Shown: positions 61,780-64,000 of the stretch, piece after piece | How positions within the stretch are numbered: position 1 is the stretch's first letter | How the letters are laid out: each line of letters opens with the position of its first letter | Origin: Methanomassiliicoccaceae archaeon | GTDB taxonomy: Archaea; Thermoplasmatota; Thermoplasmata; Methanomassiliicoccales; Methanomethylophilaceae | DNA length: 64,000 bases | Direction: 5' to 3' | NCBI GenBank assembly: GCA_003555025.1 | Contig: PWHV01000011.1 | Location: 12,101-76,100 of the forward strand | The notes under the pieces: generated by a model | What the model saw: only the letters and a program-made list of their open reading frames with translations | Databases searched by the model: none | Told to the model about the DNA's origin: nothing | Program-made: the position numbers and the translations under genes

Positions 61780-62541
61780 TCACAAAACCTTTCTTTTTCT
61801 GCATCTTCTGCCAGGCACCGACAGGTCCGGCAATCTTCCCAGCGCCGCCCCGTCCATCAGGTACACCCGGGCATCCTCCAGCGCCAGCAGCTCGCTGTTG
61901 AGCACCGGCCCCAGCAACCCTTCGCCCTCCACGTTGACGGGGGACCCTCCCAGGTTGGGGTTGAAGGCCGGCAGCACCAGCAGCTCGTCGGGATAGCCAT
62001 CGCCCTCCTGGAAGGGTATGCGCAGCCAGCAGGGCTCGGTGGGGCCGGAGCCCCTCGCGCCGGCGAAGGAGACGCGGGAGTGGTTGTGGGCGCTCAGCAG
62101 AACCCGGCAACCCAGCGTCCTCACTGAGGGCAAGGTGTGGCCGTGCACCATGCCCACGTCGTCCTGCAGGGCGCCTGACGCCGGCAGCAGCTCCACCCCG
62201 GGAGGGAGGAACCCGTCCAGGCCCGCGTCGTGGTTCCCCCTCACCACGCGCACCCGCGGATAGGCCTGCAACAGGCTCTCGAAGAATCGGGGTATCTCGC
62301 GGTGCTCCTGGCGGGTGCTACCCGGAACGCGATGCTTGACATCGCCCAGTATGATCAGCGTGTCCACGCCCTCGGCGGCGTTGAGCAGCTCCGCCTCCAT
62401 CTTCACGGTCTGCGAGGGGATGTGGAACCCCTTCCAGGACAGATGCGCCTCCAGGCCGATGTGCAGGTCGGCGACCACCAGCAGCTCCTCTTCGCCGGAG
62501 ACCCGCAGCATGGGCTTGTCGGGCACGGGGAGTACCTTCAT
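61780..62541 (-). CDS. calcineurin-like metallophosphoesterase
   Basis: VVADLHIG, ILGDVKH, VRGNHD and MVHGH motifs. ATG 62541 overlaps the nnr stop. The upstream 108 track codons are an R/G-rich artefact overlapping nnr. Confidence 0.82.
   Translation of the reverse strand: MKVLPVPDKPMLRVSGEEELLVVADLHIGLEAHLSWKGFHIPSQTVKMEAELLNAAEGVDTLIILGDVKHRVPGSTRQEHREIPRFFESLLQAYPRVRVVRGNHDAGLDGFLPPGVELLPASGALQDDVGMVHGHTLPSVRTLGCRVLLSAHNHSRVSFAGARGSGPTEPCWLRIPFQEGDGYPDELLVLPAFNPNLGGSPVNVEGEGLLGPVLNSELLALEDARVYLMDGAALGRLPDLSVPGRRCRKRKVL
61790..61800 (+). terminator. oligo-T tract after mvhA (candidate archaeal terminator)
   Basis: tttctttttct about 30 nt after the mvhA stop. It overlaps the 3' end of the convergent gene. 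Confidence 0.35.
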
Positions 62542-63968
62542 ATTCCCCTGCCGAAATCCAACGCAGCCATGAGCGAGGGGCCGATATGGTCGAGCATGTC
62601 GGTCGCCATCATCCCGTGGCCGTGCAAGGCCTCCGCCCTCTCGCCGGCGTTCCCGCCGATGTATGCCCCTAGGCGGGAGGCGTCGAAGGCCCCCATCCCC
62701 TTGGCGGCCAATCCGGCGCATATGCCCGCCAGCACATCGCCGGTGCCGCCGACTGTCATAGCGGGGCAGCCGCTGCGGTTCAGCTTGCATCTGTCGCCGT
62801 CGCTGATCACGTCCACCGGCCCTTTGAGTAGGATAGTGGCCCCCAAGGCGGAGGCGGCGCTGCACACGTAATCCGTCCTATCTTCGATGTCGGAAGGGCA
62901 GGTGCTGCCGACCAGCCTTTCCAGCTCTTTGCTGTGGGGTGTGATCAGGATGTCGCCCTCCGTCCTGGCGGCCTGGCCGAGGGCGGATACCGCGTCAGCG
63001 TCCAGGATCATGGGCAGGTTGCATTCCTCTATGATCGCCCGCACCGCGGCAAGGGTCCCCCCGCCGTCCCCTAGGCCCGGGCCCATCAGGAGCGCGTCAG
63101 CGCCCTTGGCCAATTCCAGCACCTCCGGTACATCGCTCTCCTGCAGGCTATCGCCGCTCAGGCAATGGGTGATGAACATCGGCGAATACGAGGCCACCGT
63201 GGTGAAGCTCCGCCAGGGGGTTGCGATGTGCACCAGGTCGCTGCCGATGCGATAGGCGGCGAGGGCGGCGAGGGCGGGCGCCCCGGTGTAAGGGCCTCCG
63301 CCCAGCACCAGGACGCGTCCGTTCTGGCCCTTGTGTGACGAAGTGGGGGGGAGCGGGTACAGCAGCGCCTCCCCCGGGCCGGTGAACGTCGCCGCCTCCG
63401 TGGGGATGCCGATGTCCGCAACCACGACCTCTCCGCAACCATCCTCGTCCATGCCCTCTTTGAGGTCATGGAAGGTGACGGTTATGTCAGGTATTATCGG
63501 CTGCGCGGTGCCGAAACCGGAAGGGCAGTCCACCGACACGATGGAGGAGGCGGACGAGATCATGTTTAGGGCGGAGGCGTGCGGCTCCCGCAGCTCGCCG
63601 CTGACTCCCAAGCCGAGGACGGCATCAACGACCAGGTCGTAATCGTCGATGTCCGCCTCGGCCAGCATCATCGAGCTATCCTCCACCATCTTGTAGTTGC
63701 GCCTCGCAACGTCCGTTCTGATGGACGACTCGTGCTTGACGAGCAGCACCTCCACTTCACGGTAGGGGAGCAGGTGCCTCGCCGCCACGAAGCCGTCGCC
63801 GCCGTTGTTGCCGCTGCCGCAGACGACCGCTATCCTCTCCTTGTCGGGGAATCGCTCGAGCACCAGGTCGGAGACGGCGCAGCCCGCCTGCTCCATGAGC
63901 ATCTCCACCGGCACGCCCCAATGGGCGGAGTTCACATCGAGGACGCGGAACTCGGACACGGGCAACAT
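62538..63968 (-). CDS. nnr: bifunctional NAD(P)H-hydrate repair enzyme (epimerase / ADP-dependent dehydratase)
   Basis: YjeF-N (VVCGSGNNGGDGFVAARHL) fused to a YjeF-C carbohydrate-kinase-like domain (GGPYTGAPALAA...GTGDVLAG). Confidence 0.9.
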   Translation of the reverse strand: MLPVSEFRVLDVNSAHWGVPVEMLMEQAGCAVSDLVLERFPDKERIAVVCGSGNNGGDGFVAARHLLPYREVEVLLVKHESSIRTDVARRNYKMVEDSSMMLAEADIDDYDLVVDAVLGLGVSGELREPHASALNMISSASSIVSVDCPSGFGTAQPIIPDITVTFHDLKEGMDEDGCGEVVVADIGIPTEAATFTGPGEALLYPLPPTSSHKGQNGRVLVLGGGPYTGAPALAALAAYRIGSDLVHIATPWRSFTTVASYSPMFITHCLSGDSLQESDVPEVLELAKGADALLMGPGLGDGGGTLAAVRAIIEECNLPMILDADAVSALGQAARTEGDILITPHSKELERLVGSTCPSDIEDRTDYVCSAASALGATILLKGPVDVISDGDRCKLNRSGCPAMTVGGTGDVLAGICAGLAAKGMGAFDASRLGAYIGGNAGERAEALHGHGMMATDMLDHIGPSLMAALDFGRGI

Positions 63969-64000
63969 GCTCTTTATAAGGACGCATGATTTGATAAGCC

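Noticed and set aside
63970-63981. ctctttataagg TATA-like sequence next to the nnr start
   Set aside because: It lies only about 5-12 nt from the ATG, too close to act as its TATA box. The real promoter is probably beyond the window edge.

Overview
The window is a GC-rich archaeal chromosome segment with Thermoplasmata-like gene content and order. It most resembles a Methanomassiliicoccales-type H2-dependent methylotrophic methanogen. This assignment is an inference from an HdrA-MvhD-MvhG-MvhA cluster, a corrinoid methyltransferase operon and the r-protein cluster layout.

Layout, from start to end:
- 1-8 kb: SCP2 gene fragment, initiator tRNA-Met, glmU-like/glmS, a coupled pair of PD-(D/E)xK nucleases (TPD/CDIN1-like plus a membrane-inserted Cas4-like protein), NADH oxidase/CoADR and a RaSEA-like radical SAM enzyme.
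- 8.1-23.9 kb: the large ribosomal protein cluster (L3 through L15), then secY, a DUF106/YidC-like insertase, cmk and cbf5.
- 23.9-27.8 kb: two tandem paralogous REC-GAF-PAS-kinase genes with degenerate phosphorelay residues.
- 27.8-33.7 kb, minus strand: a tightly packed 7-gene corrinoid methyltransferase operon. It encodes a B12-binding protein, a Zn-type MT2/URO-D methyltransferase, a CobW-like G3E GTPase, two small unknowns, a hydantoinase-A-like ATPase and DUF1638.
- 33.7-34.2 kb: an AT-rich island.
- 34.2-37.5 kb: lineage-specific hypotheticals.
- 37.6-40.6 kb: a PolB2-type operon (inactivated RadA-like protein, 80-aa protein, divergent family B polymerase).
- 40.6-49.3 kb: a TctA-like permease, purine salvage (hpt, ade), tyrS, a DHH phosphoesterase and an ABC-2 transporter.
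- 49.4-55.2 kb, minus strand: the exosome/proteasome superoperon (multi-Zn-ribbon protein, Pop5, psmA, SBDS, rrp4/41/42, L37ae, rpoP, pcc1, prefoldin beta).
- 55.6-61.8 kb: a roughly 1000-aa double-module hdrA followed by mvhDGA.
- 61.8-64 kb: a metallophosphoesterase and nnr.

No CRISPR array, rRNA gene or obvious mobile element was seen. Many long ORFs in the track are antisense or GC-artefact ORFs and were not called.
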